Shown here: positions 61,003 to 64,000 of the stretch, piece after piece
Layout of the letters: each line of letters opens with the position of its first letter
How positions within the stretch are numbered: the stretch's first letter is position 1
From: Orbicella franksi
Taxonomy: Eukaryota
Direction of reading: 5' to 3'
Assembly (NCBI GenBank): GCA_964199315.1
Contig: OZ116704.1
Location: forward strand, 14,508,001 to 14,572,000
DNA: 64,000 bases
The notes under the pieces: model-generated
The model's database searches: none
The model's input: the letters and a program-made list of their open reading frames with translations, nothing else
What the model was told of the DNA's origin: nothing
Position numbers and translations under genes: made by a program

Positions 61003-62851
61003 TACCCTTAGAAATCATGCACCGTGGTCATACATGACATGATTACCTGTGACCTTAAGTGTCCTTGACATGCAGCTAGATGACATCACAGGCGCTGATT
61101 TCCAAAATTCACTGTGTGCTTTTGGACAATCAGAAAAGAGATAGTGAGTTCAATGTAAAATAATACCAGAAATACTTACGCAATGCAATTACAATTAGCT
61201 ACTTGACCAGTATGTTATCATTTATTTCTCTATAATATTCACAATATTTTTAATTTTTTTTTTATTTTTTGCAAGGGAGTTGGGAGGTGGGTAGCCCCCC
61301 TGCCCGCCCCTCCCCCCCCCCCCCCGCATCCACCCCTGTAAATCCGTCCCAGCACCCATCCTGGCATTGTATGCTTGAGAGGCTCTTGATGTTGTTGGTG
61401 AACTGGCTTGTTGCTGATTCATGCTTATGGCTGTAAACATCAAGATAACCAGCAACTCAAAGCTTTACATGTATGTCAGTCCTGTGTATAGTGAAAATTG
61501 TAAGAAATCACAGCTCACAGGTACTTGCCATTTTGCCATTGTTTCCAACATTTATGGCCCACCCTTGTAGGTGGGAAAGTGTAAATCTAAACTGGAATTG
61601 TGTTTTTCAGAAAATATCTGAGGTTATGGAAAATTTTTTAGTTTCTATCCCCAACTGTCCAGAAATCTAAGTTTAGGTTCATGCTTGGAGGAGAATTTTT
61701 TATTTTCCTGAAAAAATTCCAACATCCACTCTCCAGAAACAAAATCTTTGTCCAAAACTATTCAAATTTCTCACCCATGTGTGACTATTATGTCAATTAA
61801 TTCCAGACATTGTGAGACAGTGAGATTAAATATTTAAATATCATTTCTGTAGCCCACTGACTTTGTTAGCCTTGAAAAAGAAATTGAGACTCTGGGACAA
61901 TGTTGCCAAAAAAATTGAGATGAAGCCACCAGTGAAATATGACTAACATTCTACAAAATGCATAAACATATTTTATGCAGGGCTCTCTGCCCCCTCCCAT
62001 CTAATTCTAAATTAAAAGAATACTAAAAACATCAAAACAAAGCAAAATCATAGAAATTTCCCTCCCTGGGGCAGGTCTGGGGTGGGGTATGCAGATTTCG
62101 GTCAAAAATTAAAAAAAAAATGAGACATTATTGACGTGCTTACTTGAGCTCAGAATGCCTGGAATCCCATTTCCGAGGACCTCAATTTCAAACATGGGGG
62201 AGAGGGAGAAGGGCAGGGGAGGGGAGGATGCCCTACAAACCCCTACATGGGACCACCTTCGATGGTACATATCTTGACCCCCCCCCCCACTCTAAAATGC
62301 TGTATCCTCCCCAGCCTCCATCACGAAGTGACCTGAAGAAAGCCCCTTGTGATGCTTATTAACTAAGCTATGAAAATGTTGGACAAGTAAGCAATATTTG
62401 TATTGATTTCTTTACCTATAATAGAGAACATACTACCAAGGTGCACACAGTTGCCATTGTTTAATACTTGGTTCAAAGCAATGATCTCATCGAGAAACAA
62501 AATTGTAGATACAGTTGAACCCTGCTATTCTGAACTGCGGGGGAAATGAAAAATAGTTTGAAATAGCGGGAGTTCGAAATAACTGATAGTAAATGACTAA
62601 AGGGTGAATCCACTTGAGAAATGATTTTAATAACCAACTGTACTACCTAACAATTGTCAATCTCAAATAACTGTAATATTCAAGCTATACAAATAATTCA
62701 TTTAAATAATAAATTATCATTAATAATTTATCTTACTTATTTTAGATTTCATTATAGTGTATTAAATTTAATTATTTATTTTTTTTATATAATCATCTAC
62801 AGAACCACACAAACTTGTTAGATTAACTTATATTTAAATAGTTGTTATTTG

Positions 62852-63694
62852 CCATAAAATCCCATGTTAAAGCCCCCCCCGGTTATAAGTCTACCCCCCG
62901 AATATAAGCTGTTCCATTTGCTAACAAAGATATTATTCCATTTATAACCCCCTCCTGGATATAACCCATCTAATGTATAAGGGCGTTCCTTTTGCGTTTC
63001 CTAACAAACATCAAAATTTTTAATCCAAAGTTATAGGCTAATAGATTAATAATGTAATTTGTGATAATCGGTGTTGACATAAATTAATATTTTGATGACA
63101 CGGAACAGGGAACTGGGTGCTAGCGTAGTTCGGAAAGGCTTATGGTTAGTGCGTTTGTAAAAAGAGACGGTTGAGAAACTTGTGACATTCTACGGTCAGC
63201 CTTGCCACTAGCACTTTCGCATAAAGTTTATTTTTATTGTATAAATAACGCTATCTGATATATCTTTCATTCGTTGCTCATATATCAACTTTAAAATCCC
63301 AAAGATGGTGCCACAGCATTTGGTCACGGTCCCTATTTTTCATAATACGAGGTTTTGGGGTTTACGTGTCCGGCTTTGGCGCATGTAGGATGTTATTTGT
63401 TGTATCTCTTATCCGCTTTGTTGTAAGCTTATTGTCACAATTAAACATATCTTGGGCCTGGCTGACCAACGCGCCCATGCCCCAACCTTGAAGTGTTTGG
63501 TTGTGTAGTGAAGGCAGAATGGACTAAATGTAACGGTATGTTAGCTTTAATTCGTTTCTCAGATACGTTTTATTTCATCGTTCCGAAACATTTTTGTTAT
63601 ACCGCTTATATGCCCCCCGGATATTCATGATAAGCCCACTCAAATTCACTTGTGAAGTTATATAAGCCCAGGGCTTTAACGTGGGATTGTAGGG
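62852..63694. mobile_element. Tc1/mariner- or pogo-like MITE
   Basis: Imperfect TIRs ccataaaatcccatgttaaagccc ... gggctttaacgtgggattgtaggg, with repeated subterminal tataagc motifs. Confidence 0.6.
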
Positions 63695-63819
63695 TTTTAT
63701 ATTTTTGTTTGAGGGGGGCGGGATGGGGGTGGGGGTGGGGGTGGGGTACTTTCAACTAACTTTCAAGAACATTCAAGGTGATTCCTCATATTTGCATTGG
63801 GCATCCTTACTATGCATAA

Positions 63820-63940
63820 TTTACGGCGTCATTCGCGCACGCTCGTGCACGCGCACATTGAAAACATGGCGGATTTGCCTTGATATTGAGTTCTGTCAGT
63901 TGAAAAATGGCTAAAGCTCCCTAACGAGCACGAGCACCCC
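63820..63940 (+). promoter_or_regulatory. CpG-rich, promoter-like segment with a YY1-type AAAACATGGCGG motif
   Basis: cgcgcacgctcgtgcacgcgcac is followed by aaaacatggcgg. The nearby ATGs open only 5-codon ORFs. Confidence 0.35.
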
Positions 63941-64000
63941 AAATTTTTTTCCAGTCATTTTAATCAACTAATCATTAGCTTTGCGTGAGAAAAAACTGAT

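Overview
This is AT-rich animal genomic DNA, probably from a stony coral; that taxon is inferred from the MITE, SINE and satellite families recognised, not proven. The main result is a head-to-tail cluster of about 20 paralogues of a small spliced gene family I cannot assign to any known family. All copies are on the minus strand between about 9 and 54 kb. The ORF track misses them because each gene is split into short exons, so I rebuilt the models by hand. The cluster holds 13 apparently intact genes (87-104 aa), 2 N-terminally truncated copies and 5 pseudogenes or remnants. The genes share three coding exons, two phase-1 GT-AG introns, a splice donor 1-8 nt after the stop codon, no signal peptide, and a beta-rich consensus: [DE]P..xFxExVx[VI]..VxIxY..G | EFxVxxG..[RK]Lx[VI]x[TS]xxGxxFx[IV]xR..G | xY. 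The family shows birth-and-death evolution and local excess of amino-acid change. The left part of the cluster lies in a ~20-23 kb tandem segmental duplication (1-19699 and 19700-~42495). The second copy carries a 3.94-kb long-TIR, TTAA-flanked Sola3-like transposon, with a matching empty site in the first copy. The flanks (1-8 kb, 19.7-31 kb, 59.9-64 kb) are dense in MITEs, SINE and LINE fragments and satellite. All alignments and counts were done by eye, and no database searches were run.
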